Origin: Octopus sinensis
Taxonomy: Eukaryota
Assembly: GCF_006345805.1 (NCBI RefSeq)
Contig: NC_043020.1
Span: forward strand, 25,234,001-25,298,000
DNA length: 64,000 nucleotides
Direction: 5' to 3'
Of this stretch, positions 53,447-64,000 are shown in pieces. Position numbers and translations under genes: made by a program. The notes under the pieces were generated by a model. The model did no database searches. It had not been told where the DNA came from and saw nothing but the letters and a program-made list of their open reading frames with translations. Every line of letters starts with the position of its first letter. The first letter of the stretch is position 1.

Positions 53447-54160
53447 CAACACTAACATCAACTACTACCAGGGCAACTACAACTACTACTAAAACTAATA
53501 CTTCTGCTGTTGCTGCTGCTACTACTACTACTACTACTGCTACTGCTACTGCTACTACTACTACTGTGATAATAGCTTTACCCGGCAGACATTTTTCCAC
53601 TTTGGGCGAAACCGGAAATACCGATACAACCGGAAATACCGGTAAAACTCAGTTAAAACTTTGATTTCCGGAAAATACGATTAAAAAAATGGATAACATG
53701 ACAGTGAGGAAGATGATGGGGTGGGGATGGTTGATGGTTATGGTAGGGGAATTGATTGTTGTTGTTGTTGTGGTGGTGGTGGTGGTGGTGGTGATGTTGA
53801 TGGTTTTTGTTGTTGTGGTGGTGGTAGTGGTGGTGGTAGTAGTGGTGGTAGTAGTGGTGGTGGTAGTGATGATTATGATGACAATGACGGTAGTGACATT
53901 GATGCTTTTGGTTGCAGCGGAGGTAATGATAGTGGTGGTGGTGGTGGTGGTGGTGGTGGTGGCGGTTCTGATGTGGTAGTGGCGGTGATGACGATGGTGG
54001 TGATAATGGTGGTAGTGGTGGCATTGGCAGCGGCGACAGCTGCGACGGCGGTGTCGATAGCGATGGTGATGATGATGGTCATGGTCGTATGAAAGTGGTG
54101 GTGGTGGTGGTGGTGGTAGTGGTAGTAGTGGTGGCGGTGGCGGCTGTGGCAGTGGTGATG
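53380..54160. repeat. (TAG)n/(CTA)n/(GGT)n/(GAT)n low-complexity tract
   Basis: Direct reading. Confidence 0.9.
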
Positions 54161-54369
54161 ATAATCTTGTATTCTTTTTAAAGAAATTACTATCATTTGA
54201 GGGAGAGTTTGTAACTATTTCTAGAAGCTCGAGTGATCGTACAAACAACACATCTTTGACCCTTCCGCATGATGATGTTGACAGTGATGTTCATGGCAGT
54301 GTTGATGTTAATGGTGGGTGGGTGAGGTGACAGTGGACAATTGATTATAATAGTAACAGTGGTACTTTA

Positions 54370-54552
54370 AGTGGGCCAAGTGGCAGAATTGTTAGCACAC
54401 CGAACGAAATGCTTAGCGGCATTTCGTACGCCTTTACGTTCTGAGTTCAAATTCCACCGAGGTCGACTTTGCCTTTCATCCTTTCGAAGTCGATTAAAGT
54501 AAGTACAAGTTGCATACTGGGGTCGATGCAATCGACTTACCCATCCCCCATC
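54370..54552 (+). mobile_element. tRNA-derived SINE family C
   Basis: TGGCAGAATTGTTAG (A box) and GAGTTCAAATTCC (B box). Confidence 0.75.
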
Positions 54553-55269
54553 GGTATTAACAGGGGTACGGTTTGCGCTGTTGTTGTTAGTGGTGGCGGC
54601 GGTAGTAGTGGTGGAAGTGGTGGTAGTGGTGGTGGCACTAATGTTGTCATTTAGAGCCAGATTAAATGATTAAATACATTCCACCACCACCACAAGGTTA
54701 TCTTAGGGCTCTAGTTTGTCGCTCGGCTAAAGATAAACTTAGTTATCACTGGTTTCAGTTACATCAAGGGTCTGCCTTCACCTGGGCCTTGCTGGATTAA
54801 ACGGTCACCTTTGGATTACCAAGAGATTCAGAAATGCTAGACTCAGCTGCCTTAAAGGAACCTCGCTACATTTGGAGATTTGATAATGGCTATTGACCCT
54901 TGATTGAGTTCAGATATTTTTGGTGGTAGACTCCCCCCCAACCAAGGTGGGACTTTATATTGGGTTGCTAGTGTAATCGTCGCCGGCACAACCAAGAAAC
55001 AAGGAATTATTGGTTTACGTAATTCACCTGTAGCTTGGAAAACATATTTTAATAAGATGGCTGGAAGTGAATGGCAGGAATGATGGCTGCTAGTGCTAGT
55101 AGGTCAAATGACCACAAAGAATACATTCTTGTTCGATGGTGCTGGATGTAGTTTTAGTTTTTCTGTCTTGTCCAAAGAGTGATGACTAAAGAATTAGGTG
55201 CGAACGGTTTTCATTCTTAGCTCCTTCACGCAACAAATTCTACCTTGTTTTGCACACATATGCTAACCT

Positions 55270-56886
55270 GTACGTATGTATGCATACTCATCAAAATCCC
55301 TTCACCAAATGATCTTAAACTAAGACCGATAATAGCAGGGCCAGCATGTGAAACTCACCGCCTCAGCAATTTCTTAGACACACTGCTTAAACCTTTCCTA
55401 AAACACATCAAAAGCTACGTAAGAGACGATATAGATATGCTGAACCACCTCCCTAAAACAGTCAATGAGAAAACCCTTCTAGTATCATTCGACGTAGTTA
55501 ATCTTTATTCTAACATCCCTCACAACCTAGGAATAGAAGCGATCACCTTCTGGCTGAATAACTACCCCTTTGAACTCCCAACTCGCATAAACAAAGACCT
55601 TATATAGAAGGACTTAGATTCATTTTAGAGAACAATTATTTTATTTTTGACAATGATTTCTACAGACAAAGATCGGGAACAGCGATGGGCACGCGTACTG
55701 CACCATCTTTTGCCAACCTAGTGATGGGATACCTCGAGAAAATACTATACCGGATAACACTCGAGAAATATGGAAACACCTTCGCCACCTATATCCATAA
55801 CAACTGGAAAAGATACCTCGATGACTGTTTCATCATCTGGGACAAAGGTATAGAGAAACTTGAGGAATTTAAAATACTATTAAATGGAATAAATGACAAT
55901 ATACAATTCACGATGGACCACAACGAAAAAGATTACCATTTTTAGACATCCTCATTAAGAAAACCGGCAACAAAATAGAGACAGATATCTACTATAAACC
56001 GACAGACTCTAAACAGTACCTACCCTTTGATTCATGCCACCCACGACACACTAGAATGAATGTTCCTTTTTGTTTAGCTAGAAGGATTTGCACCATAATA
56101 TCAGACACAAACACCCGACACACACGTCTCCAGGAACTTAGAACTACACTCACAAATAGAAACTATCCACAGCCCCTAATATACAGTGCAATCCAACGGG
56201 TACTTAAATTAAGTATAGAAGACCTGAGACAAACAAAACTAAAAAAGAAAGAACAATTAAAAACCCTTCCCTACATCTCTACACACAACACACTCAACAA
56301 TGAGGCCTTCAACACCATACTACAAAGCACAGCCCTACTAAAGGGAGACCCAAAGATGAACCGGATCCTCGAAACACACACCATCATTAAAAGTAAACGG
56401 CAACCAAAATCCTTGAAAAGGATTTTAACCCAAGCTACACTGCACTCAACATCAACCACAAAACCAGCAGTTAGAAAATGTGGAAGGCCCAACTGCGGAA
56501 TCTGTGTCATCTTGAAAGAAGGATCAGAATTTATACTGGAACAAAGCCACCAGTTCACCATTAGAACAAACTTCACCTTCGCATCAGAAAACTTAATTTA
56601 CGTCATAACATGCGCAGGCTGCAATAGGCAGTATATAGGCCATACAAAAAATAGCTTACGTAACAGGATGGCGGTGCATAAATCACAAATTAGAAACCCT
56701 GATTACCGCAAAATACCGGTCAGCGGACACATAGATAGATGTGCTGGAAATGTAAATCCGAAATTTACAACTAACCCGCTCTATAAATTCAGTGACAACG
56801 CAACCTTCACACAACGCCAAAATAAAGAACTGTATTTCATAAAAAAATTTAGACCAAGTTTAAACACCCTGGGCCAGGAATATTAA
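55270..56886 (+). pseudogene. PLE reverse transcriptase / GIY-YIG polyprotein (disrupted)
   Basis: ORFs 55245-55607, 55685-55945 and 56056-56886 joined across frameshifts. Confidence 0.9.
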
Positions 56887-57039
56887 AACAAAAGATAAGT
56901 CCTCCGAAAAGGAGAAGCAAAATTCCACCACGGCCGCTACCTTAAACAGTCACTCGCACTGACGGAAATATGCCTTAGTAAAAAAGGAAACAAATTCTTT
57001 CGCGCAAATCTGACCCTGATGGACTGACCACATACGATA

Positions 57040-57728
57040 CAGCTAAGGGTCAGACCCGATTCTGATTGGTCAACACGCTGATGACATCTAGTTCTGCTAG
57101 AATGGACAGGATACAAACAGGGGGCAGAGATTAGTCAGAATATTGATGACGTACCTTTCTGCTTGACTAGTCACCTAACAAAATACAGACAGGGGGCAGA
57201 GCTAATGCAGCTATAAGCCGTGATTGGGCAGAATCTTGATGACGTCCCGTTCTGCTTGACTAAGCCACCTAACGAAACGACTGGTCAAAACAGGATACAG
57301 ACAAGAGGCAGTTATAATACAGCGATAGGTCACGATTGGTCAGAATGTTGATGATGTCCCGTTCTGCTTGACTAAGCCACCTAACGAAAAGGGGCAGATC
57401 TAATACAGCTATAAGTCGTGATTGGTCAGAATCATGATGACGTACCGTCCTGCTTGACTAAGCCACCTAACGAAAAGGGGCAGATCTAATACAGCTATAA
57501 GTCGTGATTGGTCAGAATCATGATGACGTACCGTCCTGCTTGACTAAGCCACCTAACGAAACGACTGGTCAAAACAGGAAACAGACAAGAGGCAGTTATA
57601 ATACAGCGATAGGTCACGATTGGTCAGAATGTTGATGACGTACCGTTCTGCTTGACTAAAGCCACCTAACGAAACGATTGGTCAAAACGTTGATGACGTC
57701 ACGCTACGCTGGACTGACCACCTAACAG
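57040..57728 (+). repeat. Tandem 80-110 bp repeats with ATTGG (CCAAT) and TGATGACGT motifs
   Basis: About 8 copies of GATTGGTCAGAAT..TGATGACGT..CTGCTTGACTAAGCCACCTAAC. Confidence 0.9.
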
Positions 57729-57732
57729 GCAT

Positions 57733-57765
57733 TATAAAACCCGAACAATTCACAAAACTCACTAG
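57733..57765 (+). promoter_or_regulatory. Putative Pol II core promoter (TATA + Inr) in the PLE pseudo-LTR
   Basis: TATAAAA at 57733-57739; TCACT with the A at 57761, 28 nt after the TATA start. Confidence 0.5.
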
Positions 57766-58041
57766 AATCACCCAGCGAACACCTACCATGGGTCATCACA
57801 ATTGCTCAAGGTAAAAATGAATTCCTCGCTCTTTCGGGAACATCAATCTTCTGTATTGACTGCTTTCCACCACTTTGATCTGTTTTTTTGTATTGAATAC
57901 GTATCGCCACTGCATCGAACACTTTGAACATATAGCATGAATGAACTTACTTCAAACTATATTTGAACTTTAAGATGTCTGACTCCGTTGTGTATTATAA
58001 ATGAATTTCTTGTGTTTGACGGCATGAGCTGTCTTTTTTTA

Positions 58042-58100
58042 TATATAACTTTTTTTGATAAGGTTCATTTCAGGAACTGAAACATGTTATAATGTATATA
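58042..58100 (+). ncRNA. Minimal type I hammerhead (U3-A8) in the PLE pseudo-LTR
   Basis: UUGAUAA GGUUC AUUUCAG GAACU GAAAC AU GUU AUAA; stem I weak and AU-rich. Confidence 0.65.
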
Positions 58101-58192
58101 TAAAACTTAAAAATTGTATAATATAGCAGCATTTTCGAACTTCATTTTTTACAAATATATACCTATTCGTATACGAGCTAATCCTATTATAA

Positions 58193-58225
<33 letters not shown>

Positions 58226-58302
58226 TAAGGGTAGAAATTGATATTTATCAATTAAGACCAGTGGTCTAGCATATTAAAAAAGAATCCGAAGATTAAAATA
58301 TT

Positions 58303-58602
58303 TATATATACCAATTAAGGACTGAACACGAAAAGTGGACAGTCAACATGCTAGATAAAGACGTCAAATCGCCATTCACCACAAAAGATTCTGTTCTCAG
58401 ATCAAACTCAACACAAAACCATAGCAATAAACAAGTGAAAAATATACGAATTTTATTTCGTATATTTTTCACTTGTTTATTGCTATGGTTTTGTGTTGAG
58501 TTTGATCTGAGAACATAATCTTTTGTGGTGAATGGCGATTTGACGTCTATATCTAGCATGTTGACTGTCTACTTTTCGTGTTCAGTCCTAAATTGGTATA
58601 TA

Positions 58603-58603
<1 letters not shown>
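58303..58603. repeat. Near-perfect palindrome, arms about 148 bp, 6-nt loop (58451-58456)
   Basis: ATACCAATTAAGGACTGAACACG...TATACGAA TTTTAT TTCGTATA...CGTGTTCAGTCCTAAATTGGTAT. Confidence 0.95.
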
Positions 58604-58653
<50 letters not shown>

Positions 58654-58662
58654 TAGATAGAT

Positions 58663-58749
<87 letters not shown>

Positions 58750-58750
<1 letters not shown>

Positions 58751-60056
58751 GTTTCTTTATTGGCCACACAGGGCTGCACACAGATGGGACAAGTTACAAG
58801 GTAGAGCTTTTCTTTTGGGGGATGAAAAAAAAAACACAAAAGAAAAAAAAAATAAATAAATAAAATAAAAAATAAAAAGAATAAAAAGAAAAATAGAAAA
58901 AGAAAAGGAACAAAAGAAAAGAGAAATGAAAAAAGAAGAAAAAAGGGGAAAAAAGGGGAAGAGGAAAAAAAAAGAACGATCAATAGGGATCGTGTATCAC
59001 AGTGTTATGATATATGGTGTAAAGGGGAAAGCAAGTAAGGTTTATCCGTGGGAAGAAAAGCCTACGAAAAAGACCACGGTAACCTTGGTCAATATTGTTA
59101 TATGTTACCACATTTGTTTTCAATTTCTGGGTTCATAGGATTATGCTCAAGGTGGCTTCGTCATTCATACGTTCCATCCTTGCTACATTCACCCATCTTT
59201 TTTTAAAACATTCGCTAGACAAAACTTGCCTCTCTACTCTCACTTTTCTTTTCAAGTGGTACTTGAAGAAGTTGATGAGAGATTGACCAGAGAGGAAAGT
59301 GTTTGTCTCCAATCCTTTCAGACACGTCCACCAGATACATTCTTTCGCCATAGCCACAAGGATGATGAAAATAGCTCTTCCTTCCCGTTTGAAAGAAGGA
59401 GGCGTGACAATATTCACGATAGACTCAGCTGATAAACCGACTCGTCCCACACGTGACAGCAGTTGTTCGACACAAGCCCACAGGTCGGAAATTGTTGGAC
59501 ACTGCACGAGTGCGTGCAGAACAGTTTCGTCGCTCTGACCGCATCTCGGGCAGGTCGGCCCCGTGTTTCTCGAGCCGTGTCTGTAGAGCTTATCCCGAAC
59601 GGGTAGCGCTTCTCGGTAACACTGCCAGGCCAGGGATCTCTGGAAGTTGTCCATGGGCCCTGGCCCGAAAGTCGTCCTGAACAGGCGGGTCAGGTACTCC
59701 TCGTCGACGTCCAGGTTCGCCCCGAGCTCGTCGTCGTACCTCCCCTCCACTAATCCCCTATAGAATGCTTTGGTTGTGTTGAAGTCACTCAAGGTCGACC
59801 CAGAACGGCAGAGTTGCTTGAGAGCAACGCGACACTCGCGGTGCCATTCGCCCTTCCTCGGCCTCTTTTTGATCCACGACTGCAGTTCGGTCATGGAGAC
59901 GAACTACGGGAAAGCGTGCCTCACAAACGGCGACCACACCTGTTCACCGTCGTCTACATAGAGCCAGAGATGTCGCAGTCTCAGCGCGTGTCTGCGCATC
60001 ATCAACCACGGCATGCCCAGCCCTCCTTTTAACGGGTGTTGACAGCAAGGTCAACC

Positions 60057-60057
<1 letters not shown>
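58750..60057 (-). mobile_element. 5'-truncated Tx1/L1-clade LINE flanked by (GATA)n
   Basis: ORF 59133-59894 has CPRCGQSDETVLHALVQC; PLKGGLGMP upstream; AATAAA followed by (TATC)n on the minus strand. Confidence 0.92.
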
Positions 60058-60120
<63 letters not shown>

Positions 60121-60162
60121 AAGATAGATAGATAGATAGACAGACATACACACATACATACA

Positions 60163-60398
60163 TTTTTATATTTTTATATTTTTAAATTTTAAATTTATAA
60201 ATTTTTAAACTTTAATTTTTTATTTAATTTTTTTTATACTATCAAAATACTTATTTACTTATTATATTATATTAAACTTTTTAGTACTTTTTGATAGTAT
60301 AAAAAAAGAAAATTAATTAATTAAAAAATTAAAAAATTAAAAAATTAAAGTTTAAAAATTTATAAATTTAAAATTTAAAACATATAAAAATATGAAAA
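60163..60398. repeat. AT-rich imperfect inverted repeat
   Basis: TTTTAAATTTATAAATTTTTAAACTTTAATTTTT..TATACTATCAAAA versus TTTTGATAGTATA..AATTAAAGTTTAAAAATTTATAAATTTAAAA. Confidence 0.75.
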
Positions 60399-60562
60399 TT
60401 TATAAGTAAAAATTTTAAATTTTAAATTAAATAATTTAAATTTAAAATTTTATATTTTATTTATTTTGTATATTATATTAATGATATTTATTTTTATGTT
60501 TTGGTTTACGTCTTTCACTGTTTGATTTGCCTAATAGTGGCTTTATCTCTAATTTAATTTGT

Positions 60563-60612
<50 letters not shown>

Positions 60613-60726
60613 TATATATATATAGGCAAATCGAAAATTAAAAGACACAAATAACAGAAATTAAAAAGGTATACCCATGGAATGTATTAGGATGAGGCTC
60701 AGTATAATAGGGAAAAAAGAATGGGA

Positions 60727-60760
60727 GTCTAACGTTTCTAGCATGGCTCTTCTTCAGAAC
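60727..60760 (-). ncRNA. Minimal hammerhead motif in a PLE terminal remnant (60623-60790)
   Basis: Minus strand: GUU CUGAAGA A GAGC CAU GCUA GAAAC GUU AGAC. Confidence 0.55.
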
Positions 60761-60854
60761 GAGGAGAAACTAAAGGTCCGGAGAATTATGTGTGTGTCTA
60801 TGTATTATATATGTATATGTATATATATATACATATATATAATATATATATATA

Positions 60855-60889
<35 letters not shown>

Positions 60890-60891
60890 TT

Positions 60892-61420
60892 GATGGAGTA
60901 CTTTCTCCATGGCGCAAGCCTGGGCGGTAGGAACGAAGACACTGGGCTGCCCAGACACCAGAATCTCCCTCTCGGCCCCCCCAGACATAATCCAAAGGAA
61001 TGCAGTGCAGTACGTTTGGAGTCTGGTTGGCTGCAGGAGTTGCCGGAAAAGGGTCGAGATTCGACACCCTACCGCCTTCGGGGCTCCACTCTGGATTTTC
61101 TGTCTGGGTTTACTCCCATAGCCTTTCCCTCTCCCAAGAGCATCCGCAAGGCAGCGGAGCGAGGGTTTGGAGTCAGAGTTTTCCTTCTCCTAGACTGGCT
61201 GCCAACCAAGGCTAACGAGCCCAGTCTGCCCACCTGGTTATACCGCCAAGCACCCGGTCGCGCCACACAGCAGGCTCAGTGAGAACAGGGGGTACCGCGT
61301 GAAGGTGCTGCTGTGGACACAGTAGTGCAGGAGAGGCCATAAGCAAGAACTTTCCGCAAGGCGCAGCCAGGTAGAAGTTCTGCAGCGATCATTACACCTG
61401 GAGAGGAGAGGCTATGAGAG
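60892..61420 (+). mobile_element. GC-rich segment resembling the 5' UTR of an RTE-clade LINE
   Basis: TTTTCCTTCTCCTAGACTGGCTGCCAACCAAGGCTAACGAGCCCAGTCTGCCC recognised from memory as an RTE 5'-UTR-type motif; not database-checked. Confidence 0.45.
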
Positions 61421-61424
61421 ACGC

Positions 61425-64000
61425 AATCACTTTCCTTTGCCCCCTGGAAAATATGAAGGCCGACCTAAGCGAGGAGATCCAGCGAGCTATCACCAACCAT
61501 CTATGCAAATCACAAGGACCACTCACCCATTACCAACTTCCCTTACCTCGACATTCCTGTTAAATGTACGTGGCATCAACCCATCAATTATTGCCCAAAA
61601 ATGGAAGATCCCATATATAGAGAGTTGGCTTGCCGAAATGGCACATTGCTTCCCTTTCTTTATCCTTACCGAGACTCACCTGAACAACACCCATATGGAC
61701 GCAGAGGTGAAAATAAAAGATTTCACCATTGTTCGTGCGGATCGCACAGACCGAAATAAGGGAGGGACAGCCATCTTCATCCATGACTCCTTTTCACTTG
61801 ATACCAAGGACATATTTTCTAATGGCTGCTGTGAATCGGTATCACTATACAACAAAGCCAAGGACATAACCATTGTTGGTCTTTACAGGCCTCCCCAGAC
61901 ACCTCTAAAGTACTTTGAAGAGTGCCTTAGCAAAGTCAAGTCCTTCCTTCGGAAGTACCACTCCGGAAACATACTAGTGATGGGTGATTTTAACCTCCCT
62001 CATGTGAACTGGCCCACAAATACTCTGATGTTAGGCAAGTGCTCTACATCAGATAGAGCAGCAGCAGAACTGCACTTTAATCTGATGGATGAGTATTTCC
62101 TGACTCAGCTAGTGCTTGAACCAACGAGACAGAATAAAACGATCTTGGATCTGGTATTGACCAATCACTCTAGCTACGTTCACAGTATTTCAGTCGAAAA
62201 AACTCTCCTCTCAGACCACGACATGGTACTCTGCAATCTTAATTCCCGACATATAAAAACCAAACCAGCCAATCCCACTCCATGGCACCCATTTGACAAC
62301 ATAGACTTCCACAAAGCGGACTGGGGAACAATCAGAAAGGATCTGTCTTCCATCGACTGGTCTTTTACTCTCAATTCCTCTCATATTGAGACCGCGTGGC
62401 AGCACTTTGAAAACATTATCACCTATACATGCTCTAAACACGCTCCCAAGAAATCTACTAACACAAACATAAACCGGCTCCCTAAAAAGAAAAAAACACT
62501 CATCAGGCGCAAAAAAATCAACCAATTAAAATATTCCCACATACAACATCCACATTCAACAACAATGAAAAGACTAGAGCTGGAAAAACTTCATCTGCAG
62601 ACTAACATGAAAACCTCCATTGAAAATCAAAGAGCTGTGGAGGAACAATGGGTAATCAAAAACATCAAACAGAACCCAAAAGTGTTCTATTCTTATGCAA
62701 ATAAGCATAGAACCACTGTCTCACCCATTGGGCCATTGATTGATGATAACGGCATTCCCCAACACGATGCTAAAGAAATGGCAGAAATACTGCAGAAACA
62801 ATACTGCTCTGTCTTTAGTGTTCCCACTGATATTGACGTAAGGGAAAGGAACGAAGTTGACTCCCAACACAAAATCTTAGACATAACCTTCACTGCCACC
62901 GACATCGTAGCAGCAATAAATGAGGTCAAACATTACTCTGCTGTAGGCCCTGATAGATTTCCCGCTAGTCTCCTGAAGGAATATAGATATCAACTTGCAG
63001 ACCCTCTGACCAACCTCTGGAGAAATTCGTTAGACGCAGGTTATATACCGAAACAGTTTCTATCCCAGTTGGTCATCCCGGTTTTCAAACAGGGAAACAG
63101 ATCCCTCGCAGTCAACTATCGCCCAATCTCACACACCTCCCACATCATTAAAGTGTTTGAAAGAGTGTTCAGATCAAGGATAGCTGACTTCCTGGAGACC
63201 CACAAACTCCTAAATTCAAATCAGCATGGCTTTCGCTGTGGCAGGGACTGTCTAACACAGCTCTTACACCACATTGATGATGTACTCAAAGCCTTGGGAA
63301 CAGGTTCGAACTCTGACGTCATATATCTTGACTTCAGTAAAGCGTTCGACAGGGTAGACCATAACATCCTACTCTCAAAATTGGCAAATGTTGGAATCCG
63401 TGGAAAAGTTCTACACTGGATTAAGTATTTCCTAGCGAATAGAACACAACATGTTGTAGTTGATGGAGTTCACTCAAACCCAGCAAAAGTCACCAGCGGT
63501 GTTCCCCAGGGAACTGTTTTGGGTCCGCTACTCTTCATAATCTACGTAAACGACCTTTCCAGTGTCGTACATTACTGCAAAGTGAAAATATTCGCTGATG
63601 ACACTAAGCTCCAGCAAATCGTCAATGAAGAAGCAGACCGAACTCAACTCCAGTCTGATCTATATGCTGTGAGTCAATGGGCAGACAGAAACAAAATGCA
63701 ACTGAATGAGGGAAAATTTGAGCTGATGCATTTTGGAAGAAATTCCTCACTAAAACAACCATACTCTCTTCCTTCAGGGGAACCACTCACAGCCTCTAAC
63801 AATATGAGAGACCTGGGTGTAATTGTTGATGACGATCTCAGTTGGAGTGCACACATCAACAAGAAGGTCGATATAGCTCGTAGGATGAGTTCCTGGATCT
63901 TAAGAACTTTCCGGTCCAGAGAACAAGGTGTCATCATACCACTTTTTTCCTCCTTTGTACGGCCACACCTTGAATACTGCTGCCCACTGTGGTCTCCTCA
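61425..64000 (+). mobile_element. CR1/L2-group LINE, ORF2 (APE endonuclease + RT) from about 61550, running off the window
   Basis: LNVRG, ETHL, RADRTDRNKGGTAIF, GLYRPP, MGDFNLPHVNW, PTR..ILDLVLTN, SDHDMV, NYRPIS, QHGFR, DFSKAFDRVDH, SGVPQGTVLGPLLF, FADDTKL, RPHLEYC. Confidence 0.93.

Larger units (their letters stand above)
55270..58195 (+). mobile_element. 5'-truncated Penelope-like retroelement (RT + GIY-YIG, 3' repeats, pseudo-LTR with HHR)
   Basis: LRPIIAG, SFDVVNLYSNIP, GTAMGTRTAPSFANL, WKRYLDDCF, CGRPNCGIC, NLIYVITC..YIGHT..LRNRM..H. Ends in (TA)n. Confidence 0.92.

Noticed and set aside
53649-54251. Pro/His/Thr- or Gly/Val-rich ORFs
   Set aside because: Trinucleotide-repeat translations open in several frames.
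57040-57728. C/D snoRNA cluster or CRISPR-like array (repeated TGATGA)
   Set aside because: No unique spacers, no consistent terminal CUGA boxes or stems; lies within a PLE 3' region.
60677-61282. 201-aa ORF
   Set aside because: Spans a PLE remnant, (TA)n, poly-T and a UTR-like segment; chance open frame.

Overview
Eukaryotic, AT-rich, microsatellite-saturated non-coding DNA with one 100-N gap at 1444-1543. The tRNA-derived SINEs and the (TA)n/(GATA)n/(TATG)n landscape suggest a cephalopod (Octopus-like) genome; this is an inference. No host protein-coding exon can be supported, and almost all listed ORFs are microsatellite translations. Recognisable content: Penelope-like elements (PLE; RT + GIY-YIG), several Tx1/L1-type LINE fragments including an ORF1-only copy, a CR1/L2-type LINE running off the right end, a decayed hAT-type DNA transposon, and many SINEs. 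The most notable signal is an unusually dense set of type I hammerhead ribozyme (HHR) motifs. A non-coding 362-363 bp tandem array (about 49989-51463; relatives at 3021-3680 and 36170-36900) carries one HHR per unit. Its core is the non-canonical but compensatory UUGAnAA (U3-A8 instead of C3-G8), with a palindromic mini stem III. This is the architecture of a retrozyme that could release circular RNA monomers. The same U3-A8 core occurs in the terminal region of the PLE at 55.3-58.2 kb and in a PLE remnant at 0.7 kb, so PLEs are the likely mobilisers. All RNA structures were paired by eye; activity and expression are untested.
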